DNA of 61,669 nt, the filler included, from Chiloscyllium plagiosum (taxonomy: Eukaryota): the NCBI RefSeq assembly GCF_004010195.1. It is 3 parts of one record of this genome, joined end to end, with 100 filler letters (N's around TTAATTAATTAA, not from the genome) between each part and the next. Parts side by side here need not be neighbours in the genome. Positions count along the whole stretch, not along the records: positions 1 to 22,976 come from NC_057713.1; 2 more parts are not named here. One strand, given 5' to 3'. Of the stretch, positions 1-14,306 are shown piece after piece. A program made the translations under genes and the position numbers. Under the pieces are notes generated by a model. That model was not told where the DNA came from, did no database searches, and was given only the letters and a program-made list of their open reading frames with translations. How positions within the stretch are numbered: position 1 is the stretch's first letter; each line of letters starts with the position of its first letter.

Positions 1-436
1 ATTTATTTAAATTAAACTCCATCTGCCACTTCTCAGCCCATTGGCCCATCTGATCAAGATCCTGTTGTAATCTGAAGTAACCCCCTTTGTTGTCCCCTAC
101 ACCTCCAATTTTGGTGTCATCAGCAAACTTATTAACTGTTCCTCTTATGCTCACATCCAAATCATTTATATGATTGATGAAAAGTAGTGGACCCAGCACT
201 GATCCTTGTGGCACTTCACTGGTCACAGGCCTCCAGTCTGAAAAACAACCCTCCACCACTACCCTCTGTCTTCTACCTTTGAGCCAGTTCTGTATCCAAA
301 TGGCGAATTCTCCCTGTATTCCATGAGATCTAACCTTGCTAACCAATCTCTTATGGGGAACCTTGTCGAATGACTTACTGAAGTCCATATAGATCACATC
401 TACCACTCTGCCCTCATCAATCCTCTTTGTTACTTG
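1..436 (-). mobile_element. CR1 (HER1-like) LINE, RT-domain fragment
   Basis: Reverse complement matches the + strand CR1 at 3990-4230 and encodes ...QQDLDQMGQWAEKWQMEFN. Boundaries approximate. Confidence 0.9.
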
Positions 437-439
437 GTA

Positions 440-890
440 GTCAGCAGGAGGTCTCCTTTCCCACATATAACCTGAAGCCATGAGACTTTGAGGTTTGGTG
501 TCAAATATTCAGGATTTCCAGGGCAATTCTCTCTCGAATGTGTATCATTGTGTCACCTGCTGGTTCTTTCTGTCAATGGGACAGATATATCCAAGGATGG
601 TGATGGTAGTGTCTGGACATTGTCTATAAGGTATGATTCTGTGAGTATGAATATGTTATGTTGTTGCTTAACCAGTTTGTGAGATGGTTCTCCCAATTTT
701 GGTTTTAACCCCAGATGTTACTAAGAAGGATTTTCAGATTTGACAGAAATGTTTTTGCTGTTGTTGTTTCGTAACTAAGGTGATCCATCCAGTTTCCTTT
801 CTTTGTTGAGACTTCATAGCAAATGATCCAATAGAATGGCTTGCTAGGCCATTCCAGAGGGCAATTGAGAATCATCCGCAATGTTGTGGA
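440..890 (-). mobile_element. Decayed LINE, AP-endonuclease region (second family)
   Basis: Minus-strand translation around 675-620 gives LVKQQHNIFILTESYL, an EEP/APE motif I ('I.I.TESxL'). Frameshifted. Confidence 0.6.
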
Positions 891-906
891 CCACATTAGA
901 AGATCA

Positions 907-990
907 ATTCAGTACAACATTAAATTTCCACATCCATTAGCTAGGATTCAGTACAACATTAAATTTCCACATCCATTAGCTAGGATTCAG
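907..990 (+). repeat. Perfect 39-bp tandem duplication
   Basis: attcagtacaacattaaatttccacatccattagctagg at 907 and 946, followed by attcag. Confidence 0.95.
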
Positions 991-1180
991 ATATTTAGAC
1001 AAACATCCATAGACCATTTTGTGAGCATACACATGGGCAAGGATTCACTGACTGATATTTCAGATGGAGAGCTAGCAACAAAATAGATATTTAGACAAAC
1101 ATCCATAGACCATTTTGTGAGCATACACATGGGCAAGGATTCACTGACTGATATTTCAGATGGAGAGCTAGCAAACAAAA
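989..1180 (+). repeat. Near-perfect 96-bp tandem duplication
   Basis: agatatttagacaaacatcc...gagagctagcaa at 989 and again at 1085. Confidence 0.95.
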
Positions 1181-3989
1181 TTGTTGTTAGCGATTGCATC
1201 CACCTCCATGGAAACTTCCTCGAAAGATTGGCTGGAAAACCAAAGATATAGAACATTGAAGAGCTACTGAAGGCTAGATGTAAGTATGAAACATTCCTCA
1301 CAAGTCTTAACTACAAACACAGCAATTGATGCAATCACTAGAACACCCAAACATAGCAGGACATGTAGAGGCTGTGGCCTTCTGCACTTGACAAAGAAAT
1401 GACAAGCTTTCAATCAATTTTACAAAGTATATGGCAGAAAAGGACATTGGCTGCAGTTTTAATTAGAACAAAGACAGATATAGCTACAAAATGTTTTGCA
1501 CTGAACCAAACAGGCTGCATACAAAGACTACCTTAAAACTATAGTAAAGACCATCTGGTATCCTGCCAGAGGTATATGTGTAATGTAGAAGTGGTTGGCA
1601 AACCAGAAAGAGTGGTGAACATATATTACACACTGTCAATCTCATTGAAAGCATTAATGTCATCATGCCATCTGACGTGTGTGCAAAAACTCAAATTACC
1701 TGTCCTCAGAAAATTGGTGACCATTTTTTACTGACTCAGTTTGACACAAAGCCAAGTGTCAAAAATACTGCCCCTGCAAATCCTGAAACAAATTTACCCT
1801 CAGACATGGAGATGCATGACCAAACATACAAAATGTAAAGCTTTCAGCATACAACAGTTCACCAGTTCCCTGTGTATGATTAATAGTGCTGGTGTGCAAG
1901 TAAAGTCAATCTGCCTAGATGTCACTGATGTTTTACACCACACTGTTGGATCAGAAACCAGATGGATACTAGCATGCCATGACCTTGTATCAGTTACAAT
2001 CCGTGGAATCAGTCAAATATCAGAGGTGCAACAGAAACTGCGACAAACCAGTCTGAGAACACTGGCAGAACTGAATGTGACAAAAGAAAGAAATGCTTCA
2101 TATTCTTCAGAATTAGTAGAGCTAAAATCTCAACCTTCTGCTCTGGAGAAAAAAAGTGAAAATCCAATATAAAAAAGCTGAACATGTAACTCAGGATAAA
2201 ACCTAACTTGAGAATTCCACTTTAGGAATCAAGTCTTTAGGATGCTCAGTTCAGATCACTAAAATGAATGAAGAACTGAGAGAATAGCATGAACTACCAG
2301 CTCTATATCATCAATTGAATGAAAAGATTACCAGTTTCCAAGAAGATCTGAAGCATCTCACAGATAAAATAGATCATGCTTTGACAAGAGCAGCTAAAGA
2401 AGCATCACCTTAAGCCCAAAGCAATGCTGGAGGAAATGAAAGACCTACAAAAACAGGTAGAGATATACAGCACAGACAACAAGGAGCTGTACATCACTTA
2501 CGAGACAGTCCTTTCAGAAATAAATACAAGGAATGGTGTTCTCGGGAAAGAACTCAAGCAGGATATTGAGAATTTCAAACAATCATTATAACAGCCAGTG
2601 GAAGATGGCCAGGCTTAAAAGAAAACAAAAAAAATTGGGGAGGCTGTACAGTTTTGTTTTATTCTTTCACAGGATATGGGTGTTTTGTCTAAGACAGCAT
2701 TTATTGTCAAGACGGTAGTTAAGAATCAGCCACATTGCTATTGGTTTGGAGTCACATGTAGGCCAGACCAGGTAAGGATGACATTGATTACATGTTCATT
2801 CAGTTCTTAAAGTTAACTTCTAATAAAGAACAGAAAAGCAAAAAAAAACAAAGCAAAAATCTGCTTTTGTTCTGGGAACAAATAGAGTTTAACCGTATTT
2901 TGAGCAGGAATACATTTACAGTCAACAAATAGTGAGTTCACCCAACTCAGATCTTTTGGAAGTGGGAGTCAATTAAGTCCTGTCTGGGTTATTGTGTCAA
3001 AGTTGTGCCACTCTATTATGATGAAGATGATGACTGTAAGGATATAATTTTGAAGTCAAATACAAACCAGGAACCTGGATGATTGTGTATGATGCACTGA
3101 GCAGATTACCCAACACACACAATGACTGAGATGTACCTTTCCTATAAACATGGATGCTGTAAGCTGTGAAACTGAAGGTGTTCTTAAGATAGACCTGTTA
3201 CACTTTGGCTAGAGTCAGTAGGAAGAATTGGAAATAGCAACTGCTGAAGATGAGCAACTCCAGGGGCTGCAAAAAGCTATTGTCCAAGGATGGCCTGGCA
3301 GTATTAAGGAAGTGCCTGAGAACATTTATGCATTTTTGTCATACAGAGACTGACTTGGCATATCGTAGCAAGTAAATTTCAAGGTCAAAAGATGCTAATA
3401 CCAAAAGGTTATGCCCAGATATCATGTTCATGTTAACCCAGGTACCACATGGGCATTCAACACAAAAGGCAGCTAGCATAGGAATCTGTACACTGACCCA
3501 AAATGAATCAGATTATCTAGAACCTCCAGAATTCCGTGAGGCATACCAAACCTACCAATCTCTAACAGCAGAGAAAGCCTCTGTAGGCATAGGATGATCT
3601 ATCCACTCTTTATACAAAAAGAAATGGAAATATTAACAATGCAAAGGGAAAATTACATCCTTGTGACAGGTTACAGATCATCAGTATATCTTGCCACCTC
3701 TTGATATCATTGTGGCCAACATGATGGTGATAGTTGATAATACCCCATCCTCTTCCCACCCTCACTGCAGTAATCTGTGCTCTCTAATGTTCTGTGATAT
3801 CCAACCATTGTACATTGAGTTGCCCTTCTTCTCAAGTATTGTCCCCTCTTGCATTACAGCATGCTACCTCTCCACAATTGACTTCTCCAACTTGCCCACC
3901 ACAGCAATGATTTCCGACAGCCTTCCCTTGCCTTTCAAAGAACAATCCCAGAATGCAATGTGGCCCACCCCCTGATTGACTTGGAATGA

Positions 3990-5003
3990 AAGACTGGAGG
4001 CCTGTGACCAGTGGAGTGCCACAAGAATCGGTGCTGGGTCCACTTCCTTTTGTCATTTATCTAAATGATTTGGATGTGAGCATAAGAAGTATAGTTAGTA
4101 CGTTTGCAGATGACACCAAAATTGAAGGTGTAGTGAACAGCTATGAAGGTTATCTCAGATTACAACGGGATCTTGACCAGATGGGCCAATGGGCTGAGAA
4201 GTGGCAGATGGAGTTTAATTCAGATAAATGCGAGGTGCTGCATTTTGGGAAAGCAAATCTTAGCAGGACTTATACACTTAATGGTAAGGTCCTAGGGAGT
4301 GTTGCTGAACAAAGAGACCTTGGAGTGCAGGTTCATAGTTCCTTGAAAATGGAGTCGCAGGTAAATAGGATAGTGAACAAGGCGTTTGATATGCTTTCCT
4401 TTATTGGTCTGAGTATTGAGTACAGGAGTTGAGAGGTCATGTTGCGGCTGTACAGGATATTGGTTAGGCCACGTTGGAATATTGCGTGCACTTCTGGTCT
4501 CCTTCCTATCGGAGACTTGAAAGGGTTCAGAAAAGATTTACAAGGATGTTGCCAGGGTTGGAGGATTTGATCTATAGGGAGAGGCTGACCCGGCTGGGGC
4601 TGTTTTCCCTGGAGCATCGGAGGCTGAGGGGTGACCTTATAGAGGTTTACAAAATCATGAGGGGAATGGATAGGATAAATAGACAAAATCTTTTCCCTGG
4701 GATGGGGGAGTCCAGAACTAGAGGGCATAGGTTTAGGGAAAGATATAAAAGAGACCCAAGAGGCAACATTTTCACGCAGAGGGTGGTACATGTATGGAAT
4801 GAGTTGCCAGAGGAAGTGGTGGAGGATAATACAATTGCAACATTTAAAATCCATCTGGATGGGAATATAATAGGAAGTGTTTGGAGGGATATGGGCCGAG
4901 TGCTGGCAGGTGGGACTAGATTGAATTAGGATATCTGGTTGGCATGGATCAGTTGGACTGAAGGGTCCGTTTCCGTGCTGTACATCTCTATGACTCTATA
5001 ACT
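3990..5003 (+). mobile_element. CR1 (HER1-like) LINE, 5'-truncated, RT C-terminus plus 3' tail
   Basis: ORFs 3986-4432 (SGVPQESVLGP...FADDTK) and 4474-4929 (LERVQKRFTRM...RRLRGDLIEVYKI); 3' end catctctatgactcta. Confidence 0.95.
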
Positions 5004-8000
5004 GATGAAGGATCAGAGCCCTGACTGATCTCTATGCAGCTCCCTAGCTGACATCACCAATCCCTGCACTTCTGGCACTGGATCTGGAAAAGCATCTATG
5101 GTGCATGCACCCTGAGCTATAATGATATAGAATCTCTGAATGTGAATACCCCAAGCAGCTAACTGACTATGTTCAAAACCCCTGCACTGATATCGTGTGC
5201 TGCCCTAGTCTGACCATGGCATTGCCTCCTGACTAATGACACACCCCCTTACTTGATTGAGGATTTAGAATTTGAGACATGGCCATTTTGTTGAAGTACT
5301 TGGTTTGCTGCATATGTGCTGGCACATGGTGTGGGTGTGAAATTGAGGTAGCACAGTGCTGTATAACAACATGTCCACCCCCTTGACTGTTCATTGCTGG
5401 CAAACATGACAGGTTGCCTAGCTTTGGATCTGCACTGAAATATAAGGCAAGGCAGAAAAAATGTGAGCCTGTAAGTTCCAAATCAGCCAACAAAATGCAA
5501 ATGAGGAAGGTAAGCCAAGGCAAAGTTGCTGTGAGCATCCAAATGAAAGGGTAGATGCACAGTGTATGAGTGCTAAGATAGCAAGCTAAGAGCCTTGCGA
5601 TGCACTCTGTTCTAATGCATGAGATGAGTGCCTGTCCTTGTTTGCAAAGTGATCTGGCAGCTGCATTGCAATGTAACATGTTGTTCAGCTCCAAAGTGCA
5701 GCATTGAAGAAGCTGCCAAATACCCACAGACTTGGATGGCAGGAATTGGCCCCGTCTAGTTTTGCTCCACTCCTGGGAAAATAGCAACTTACATATAAAT
5801 GAGGTGAGATTAGGTAATAATGAGATGTTAACGCATGCAAATAGGCCCCAAGCTGCTCATGAACAAGCTTCTCAGCTTGCTGTTAAAAACCTTGGGTGGA
5901 AAATTGGACATTTTTTTTTCCCCTGACATCGAGTACCTAATTTTTCTGATCTCACTGCGAACCACCTTGTTCAAAGGCTGGGAAAACTCTGGAGAATGGT
6001 GGCCACTAACATTCTACTTTGGGTTTGCTGTAATGTCTGTTTCCTAACTTCTAATATGTTTTACTGTTTAAAATAAACGAACACATGGAGTTAATTAATC
6101 TCTGACAAATAATTGATTATTGGACAGCGGTCATTAATATAATATGGTTGCTTTATGTCCTACATCACAGCAGAGACCACGTTTTAAAGTTTTTTAATCA
6201 TGTACAGAATGTTCTGTGGCTAAAAATTTCAGTCTGTTTCTGTGACTGACACAAAGCTCGAAGCATAAGCATTAACACATTGCTTCTGTTCACTTATCCA
6301 GTGGATGTAAAATAACTAAGAAGCAATTTGTATTATTTGACAGTAATAATTAATGTAATACATCATAGTGTGCTCCCTTATACAACAACTCATTGATCAT
6401 GTAACGCAGTAAAGCAAACCTGTCCTGTGGGCTTTTCTTGCATGCATCATTCTATCTGAAGCAATAAAGTGGGGAAGACTCCATAGCTGTGGTTTGGTGG
6501 CCCTGTGTCACAGACCTCAGTGACTAATACTAGCTGAACACACTTAGAAAATCTGAATCCTGGCACTGGGCGAATTCATGACACTGTGCTACTTCAAATG
6601 AAAATCCCAACAGCCTCATAAGTGTTACTGAAATATTTCAGAGAAGATCCGGGGAAGCATTTTTATCATGAGAAGCTGTGACCAGCAGCCCAAAGACAAA
6701 ATAATAGCGTCCAGCAGGCCGGACATGGATGCATACCACAGTCATTAGGTACAAAGAATAGGACAACACTGTTCCGCCCCTTGAGCCTGTTCCACCATTC
6801 AATTGAATTATGGCTGATCTGCAACTCATATCCCTCAATTCCCTTTTCCACAATGTGATGCTGAAGGGTTGTTTTTGACTCTAGTCCTCTTGAATGGAAC
6901 AGATTTTTTTTTTAAAAATGCAGTGGATTGAGGGGGGCCTTTGTGGGAAGTTCTCACCCATTCCTTCCTGCCCCAATCTGAGCCACATTCAATTTTAAAT
7001 CATAGCTGAGGAATATACCCTTCCTGACCTGTGTGAAATTCTTTGCAAATCAGATTCAATTCAGATTAGGTTCCGAGAGTGCCATTTTGATTGTGGCTGG
7101 TATTTTAACTCTAGCTTAGTGCAGGGCGAATGGTGATAGATTCTCAGCTGGATCAAACTTGTAGGGGCCCTGGAGCAAAAGCTGGGAGGGGGCCAGGCTA
7201 AGAATGAATCATTACCACTTGTTTTTTGACATGGTTAAATGTCAGCTAGGAGGAATAAAATAGGTCCTTTAGGCCTCACAAAAGTTTGAACCATCCATTG
7301 ACTCAAGAAACTCCTCTGTCCCATTTCTCCTGAAAGCCTTCTGGAAGCATAATCCCATTTCCAAACCTTCCATTGTGTTGGTTTTGTGTTCGATGCAGGG
7401 GCTTACTCCTCCAAGAGTTTTAGGTGTGGATCACTGAGATGAACAATTTCAAAAGACAAGCCATCACATCCTTCCAAACATTTGGAGAGGACGAGACTGA
7501 CCTGTTCTAACTTTACTGCACATGCCACCACTGTCCTTGATGGATTTTTTTGAAGTGAAAGTATAGATTGTGGAACCATACAGCTGTTGCCAACAGATTT
7601 TTATGAATGAACAGAAAATTTTGTGAATTATGAGCAGTTTTCTGGCTTTTCCTCCCATCTGGTTGAAGCTCTGCGCTCGGAAATTAACTTGTAAAATTGA
7701 ACGTTCATCATGTTACAAACATATTGACCCTAAAACCTCACAAGCTTTCTGGTATTGTCCTAACTTAAGCCTCTAAATTCGACACCAAATTTTCTTTTAT
7801 ACTGTGCTGATAGCATAGCAAAATAACCTAAGGTACTTCACCAGAGTGTGAATAAAATGAAGACTGGCACCAAGCCAATGGGCAATGATAGGGCAATGGC
7901 CAAATGTTTGGTCAAGGGATGTAGCTTTTAAGGAACAGCTTAAAGGAAAATGAGGCTGAGAGGTTTAAACTCTGTGGTCATTCTTGTCGTTGTACTCCTG

Positions 8001-9146
8001 TCCCTCCAGACTGTTAAGGTCATACGGTTGAAATATGCTTTTAAAGCTCTTTCCCAGTTATCTCACTGGCAATGACTGTTAAACATAACCTTTACTTTTC
8101 CATCTGATAAATAGTGCCTTTCCCTGTGACTGATAACGGAAGCCTTTCAATTCAGTGAAACTATTACCTTCTGCAGTTTTTGTGCCATTACATCAGAGTT
8201 TTTGAAATCAGCAGGTTTTGCATTGCTACCTGCTCCACATTCCAGAATCAGGAGACCTATCCTGATAGGTTAAACTATCCACTGGGAGTCTCAGTATCTC
8301 ACCAGCTCAGAATGACGGGGCTACTGATTTGAAAACTATTGAGTTTAGATTGCATCAAAAGTGACAATGGCTCAAGGGTAAAACATCTCCATCTCAAATC
8401 CAATGTACTGCTGGGAATTGCTTCAAGGAAAATTAAATGTTTTAAAATAAAATATTCATTAAATCCAAACCAATGTGTTTTCTTTCATATAGTGCAGCAA
8501 CTCAATGCTAAAAGAAAGCACTGTATTAGGTTATTAATTATTTTGTTATTCTGGCATTCTGTAATAACTGTTAATGTGTTTCGTTTAGTCAAGAGGGCTG
8601 GAAATTAAACATTTAATAGACTGTTAACATGGCAATCATCAGATTAATTCAGCAAAGCATGTATCACAATATTATCCATTTTCTCAATCATTTGGAATGA
8701 TAGTCTGTCCTTGTGCTAATGGCAGTCTGAGGATAAATTATGTGGGCTGATGATTATGCTATGTAATATTGTGTTAGTTCTTTTTACTTGATTTCCTAAG
8801 TGTACAGTACTGTACTCCACAACAGAGAAGATTGGAGTTGCCTGCCATTGTCCAAATAAAAAGTTGGGGTAACCTTTTTGAGATTTTGCTTTCAATGTCG
8901 CGCGATGGAGTTTTGAAAAGAGAACTTGATGCAACAAATTCCATTTATATAACCTATTTACTGTAGTAAAATATCCTAAGGCATTTTGAAGAATGAGAAA
9001 ATTTGAACCAAAGTCATATAAAGAGATAGTGGGGCAGATGGTCAAACATTTGATCAAAGATTTTTAAGGACTGCCTTACAAAAAGGAGAAACCATTAGGG
9101 AAGCACAGGGAGAGAATTACAAAGCTTAGAATCCAAGCAGCTGAAG

Positions 9147-9275
9147 ATTAGAGTGGGGCTGGAAAAGCACAGCAGGACTTGCAGCATCTGAGTAGCAGGA
9201 AAATCGATGTTTCAGCTTTCCAACACTACTCTAATCTTGCCTCTGATCTCCAGCATCTGCAGTACCCACTTCTGC
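9147..9275. mobile_element. Short PLE-derived inverted-arm insertion (family A), ribozyme core deleted
   Basis: Arms attagagtggggctggaaaagc / gctttccaacactactctaat are inverted; 14-bp TSD ccaagcagctgaag at 9133-9146 and 9276-9289. Confidence 0.8.
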
Positions 9276-10455
9276 CCAAGCAGCTGAAGGCAAGTCTACC
9301 AGAGCTAGGCAATGAAAATCAAGGGATATTCAAGCGTTTCGAGTTGAAGAAGTTTAGGTGCAAAGTTTAACTTGCACAATAAATGGTAATTGCTAAATTA
9401 GGGGACAAATCTGGTGGCCCCCTCTTGTCTAACTCTGTTCCACAAACAGAACCTAAAAACAATCAATTATCTCATGTCAGAAATTGGAACTGAAGTATTT
9501 GCCTCACCACATGAAGGATGCAATATTTTTGCACTGATGTTTCAGCTCATAAAGTATCAATAACAGATGAACTGAATACAGATATCTCCTGTAATATAGT
9601 AATGACGCATTTGGTAATGAACTAAAAGAATTTGTTACTCATGGAGAGCCAGGTGTTTTATACAAATGTACAGTAGTAAACCTTTCAATTTCACCAGGTT
9701 TGAATATCAAATCAATCTCAAATTATTAGTCCAATATTTGAGTGACAGGTGGGTTTACTAACTTATAGATAGGAATAATCCAAATTGTTTCCCTGAGTGA
9801 GCCTCCTGTCTCTAACCACTCTGCACTTACGCTCCTGCAAATGGCCATCCAAAGTGCCCACCCTTCTCATGTTCCATCTTCCCATCAGAACAGGAAAGGT
9901 CTTCATTACTCAAGTAGAGATTCTTGATTGCAAGTCCGAAAGCCTTAGTTTCCACCTCCAATTTACCTCTTACCGCTCTGATTCTTTTCCCAGGATTTTG
10001 CAGTGTTGACCAGGAAATTAATCTACAATTCCTGAAGGCTCCAGGGCAATTGAGGAGGTTTGGCAACCCTGGTTATGGTAAAGGATGGAGAAACATATCT
10101 CTGAGGTCAATATTATATTGAGGAGTCAATGTAACACCCCAGCACCGAAGATTAATGTTGCCTTACCTGAAGATTCATCTCTTCAGGTGGGAATTTTTCA
10201 ACAGTTTTGCTCAATTCAAAGAAGGAATCTCCTCCTTACATACTCACACTCAGCTAGCATTGTCTACAGACCAAGACACCTTTAGCATTTACTAACTTTC
10301 AATGCCTCATTGGTGTTTGGGTAATATGGCAACTTTTGGCTGTTGAGCTGCAGATCAGCTCCCTTAGGAAGACAGAAATGTCCACACCAGTCAAGATCAC
10401 CATGGTGCCCTTGAACTTCTTTGCCACTAGATCCTACTATTCAGCATCCAATTAT

Positions 10456-11960
10456 TGTTATGATCTCAGCTGAGAATCCTACTGGACAAGTTAAATCCCA
10501 AAGTGAAAACTGGCATGATAGATCTTTTTAAATGTGGTGATTTTGTTTTAGTGAAATATGAGTAGGTAAGGTTACAGAGCTGTTTAACAAAAGAAATAAA
10601 AATAGAATAAAACAAATTAAACCATCTAAATATCACATTGTTTGAAAGATTTTCGAATGAATAGCAAAACTTAATCCCATCTACTCCCCAACATGATCGC
10701 TTTACAATTAATCACAATCCATAGCAATGATCCTTCCCTACCAAATCTGAAGGTTTGACTTAACCTTCTCAGTTCTGATTCCATGAGCTATGAAGCCTTT
10801 TGTCTTGAAAACTCATAAAACTGAGAGCTGTAATTTTCTCAGCTTTGAAGAATCTGCAGAGCTCTAATCAAACATTTCAGATCTGGAAGTTTTCACGAAG
10901 TAAAACCCTTTCACTGAGGTAATTTTATTTCATTAATTGCTCTGAACAATCTCCTTTTTGAGGAGAGATTATATACACTTCTGACCCCAATCTGGTCTCA
11001 TAGAATCAGAGAGTCATACAACATGGAAACAGACCCTTTGGTCCAACTAGACCATAATCCCAAACTAAACTAGTCCCACCTGCCTGCGCTTGGCCCATCT
11101 CCCTGATGAAGGGCTTATGCCTGAAATGTTGATTCACCTGCTCCTCAGATGCTGCCTGACCTGCTATGCTTTTCCTGTGTCATGCTTCTCAAACCATATC
11201 CATCCATACATTTCCTATTCATGTCTTTGTCAAAATGTCCTTTAAACACTGTAACTGTACCTGCATCCACCACTTACTCTGGCTGTTCATTCCATACACA
11301 AACCACTCCTTGTGTAAAAACGTTGCCCCCATGTCCTTTTTAAAACTTTCTACTTTCACCTTAAAAAATATGCCCCTAGTTTAGAACTCCCTAACCCCAA
11401 GGAAAAGGCCCTTGTCATTCACTCCATCAACCCCCGTCACGATTTTATAAAGCCTTCCTAAGGTCACCCCTCAACCTCCTGCGCTCCAATGAAAAAGCTC
11501 CCACTGCCTTTCCAGTCTATTTTTATATCTCAAACCTTCTATTCCTGACAACATCCTGGTAAATCTTTACTGAGCCCTCTCCAGTTTAATAATATCCTTC
11601 CTATAACAGGGTGACCAGAACTGCACACAGTACCCCAGAAGAGGTCTCAAAACCCTTCTTGATGTCCTCCTTTGAACTAAACCCAATGCCTTTTGAACTA
11701 ATTGAAGAATAAGCTTCCTCATGATAGATTCTGCTACAACTATTGGTTAAATGTTTTCTCCCTCCAATCATAAACTCCCACAGTATAAACAAACTTCCAT
11801 TAACACTTCAGCAGTTGTTACCATTTCTTGCTCTCTCTAACACACTCTGGTTTAAAATCATGCTTCTGGAAGACTGACTTAATTTTTAAATTACTTCACA
11901 AAAACAGACTAATTTGAAATCCAAACACTAAAATATATAAATCACATACCTCTCATCACA
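10456..11960. mobile_element. Possible old LTR (TG...CA), interrupted by a CR1
   Basis: Starts tgttatga and ends tcatcaca (7/8 inverted match). No TSD recognised. Confidence 0.3.
11000..11650 (-). mobile_element. CR1 LINE 3' fragment with nested PLE-family A piece (11101-11177)
   Basis: Reverse complement of the CR1 3' end; the nested piece reads ctgatgaagggcttatgcctgaaatgttga (CpG-decayed hammerhead motif). Confidence 0.85.
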
Positions 11961-13394
11961 TGAAATTTGCTACATTAGTTCAGCAGCTATTCATAATTGC
12001 ATCAAAAAGAGAACTGATGCTTCTAAGGTGATTGTTCGATTTGTACCCTTCCCAATTAAGTGGATAAAGAGAAAGAAAGAACTGTTCAAAGACTATTCAA
12101 TGAGGGGAGGGGGATGGAAGGCATTGTTAATAGAATCCCTACAGTGTAGAAGCACACCAACCCTCCAAAGAGCATCAACCCGGTCCCACCCCATAACGTT
12201 TCATGGCTAAGCCACCATTTGCCCATGTTTACAAAGATTCATAGAGTGTTGAATAAAAGATCTCTCTTTTTATGACCTTTGTGAAATGCATGTATGTAAA
12301 CCCTGTTTTAAAAGTTTAGGGAAGAAAGTCTTGCTGAATCCACATTGCAAGAGGTGATGGTAACGGTATGGGAAGAACTATCCCTTCACAGTCTGGGGCT
12401 GTGGGGCTGTGTGTTGGTGGCAGTGTTGCCTCTAATTATTTTTCCAGCTGTGTGGGAATCCAAGGCCCATGGGACCTCCAGAACCAGAAGTTAATGTCAT
12501 GATTGTCATGCCAACACTAATTGCTGAGCGCAAGTATCAGAGCGGCTGCACACACAACTTAGAGCAAAATTATTGTTGTTGTATCAAAAAGGGGAATAGG
12601 GTCAGGTCAGGCAGCATCCAGAGAACGAAAGCCCAGTGCTTTCAATATAAAGATTTGCTGACCAAAAATACTAATTTCCCACTTACAGCTTCTTCCTCTA
12701 CGTTCTCACAAAATCCATCTCCATCAATAACTTCTGCTGAATTCCTTCAATAAGTAAAAATCTGTATTTCCCGGCCACTGTCTCAACCTCCAAAAATGAA
12801 ATGCTTCCATAGAAATTAACTCAGCTGTCTGTGAAACAAGCTGTACTTACTTTCCAGAACATATGTCAAAAATGTTCCAGTCATCCAAAGTTTAATCATT
12901 TTTTTCAGCACCATGTCATCCTTGAGCTGTTGGAAAACTAGCTCTTCTCTGGGAGAGTATCTTGCCCTAATTCATAACTCTCACCATTTACAAGGGGCTG
13001 TGACATGGGATTTGGCTAAGTAGGATATTGGAAACACATTGTTTGAGAACAGCACTTAGTTGATGGGTTGTTAGTGTAGTACCTCATTGGCGATAGTGTT
13101 TGTAATTACCTGGTGACACGCAAACTGATGAAGGAACCAAGGACACGGTTTATTTTGGCAGTGTTGCAGATTTTAATTAACCCTAGTGCAGTATTAACAA
13201 TGCACCATCTGTTCTCCTTACAGAAAGTATTTTTCACAACAGGAAAGGCAACAGGACTGACAGGCAGTAACAACAAACCACTCCAAGCAGGAATCTGTTC
13301 TGGTTATCAGGTTACCAGTCAGACTATCACCCACTTGACCTCACCACTAATCCCATGAGTACTTTGGATTACAGTAGTCTCAGTACAGTGAGCT

Positions 13395-13520
13395 TCATTC
13401 CTCAGATGCCTGAAATATTGATTCTCCTGCTCCTCGGATGCTGCCTGACCTGCTGTGCTTTTCCAGCACCGCACTCTTGACTCTGATCTCCAGCATCTGC
13501 AGTCCTCACTTTCTCCTAAT
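13395..13520 (+). mobile_element. PLE-derived family A 3' fragment
   Basis: gattctcctgctcctcggatgctgcctgacctgctgtgcttttccagc...cagcatctgcagtcctcactttctccta, shared with other family A copies. Confidence 0.8.
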
Positions 13521-13744
13521 TCTCTGCCTACAGCACTCTCCACCAGTGCGACCTTAGCCTGCATAATACCGTTTCTCATTTGCTGGGGGGTGGGGGTGGG
13601 GAACAAGTTAAGTCGATAAGGGAAGAAATTCCAGTTAAATGGCATCATTTGACAATTCAGAATGGCCTGAAGTACTTCACAGGTAATGAGTATTTTGAAG
13701 TGCAATCTCTGTTATAACGTAGGGAATGCAGCAGTCAACTTGAA

Positions 13745-14070
13745 TCATAAACCCCCCACAGTGTGGAAACAGGCCATTTGGCCCATCAAGCTCACAAGAG
13801 CATCCCACCCGATCCACACCCTCCCTGAAAACCTGCATTTCCCATGGCTAATCCATCTAGCCTGCACATCCCTGGACACACCATGGACAATTTAGCAAAG
13901 CCAATCAACCTAACCTGCACATATTTAGGCTGTGGGAGGAAACCGGAGCACCCAGAGGAAACGCACACAGACATGGGAAGAATGTGCAAACTCCAGACAG
14001 TGACCAGAGGCTGGAATCAAACCCGGATCCCTGGTGCTGTGAGGCAGCAGTGCTAACCACTCAACCATCA
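13745..14070 (-). mobile_element. HE1-type tRNA-derived V-SINE
   Basis: Reverse complement has a tRNA-like head (agtggttagcactgctgcctcacagc...gggtttgattcc) and V-domain (gtttcctctgggtgctccggtttcctcccaca). Confidence 0.9.
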
Positions 14071-14306
14071 AAAGCAACATGATAATGACTAAGTCTTCGT
14101 TTTTCTTTAATGATCCTGGTTGAGGCTGAAATCTTGGTCACAACACCAAGGTCAGTTCTGCTGCTTTTATTCAAATAATGCCTTTGGATCTTGTGCATCC
14201 ACCTGAGAAGCAGAAAGGACCTTGGATTAATATTTTATCTGAAACACAGTATCTCTGACAGTTAAAGACTTTCCCACTACTGCACTGACAGTGGCAGCTT
14301 GGATAT

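Larger units (their letters stand above)
895..3680 (+). mobile_element. Degenerate Gypsy (Ty3/Gypsy) LTR-retrotransposon gag-pol remnant
   Basis: 3040-3111 GYNFEVKYKPGTWMIVYDALSRLP (RNase H C-terminal motif); 3231-3350 ATAEDEQLQGLQKAIVQGWPGSIKEVPENIYAFLSYRD; ~3448-3520 HMGIQHKRQLA*ESVH*PKMN (integrase HHCC region); ~1740 decayed protease-like FDTKPSVKILPL; gag-like RQTSIDHFVS...EL near 1000-1290. Many stops and frameshifts. Confidence 0.75.

Noticed and set aside
5233..5787. 184-aa minus-strand ORF and other 60-130 aa ORFs in unique or old-repeat DNA
   Set aside because: No recognisable domain or exon structure; lengths are compatible with chance or antisense-of-repeat frames.
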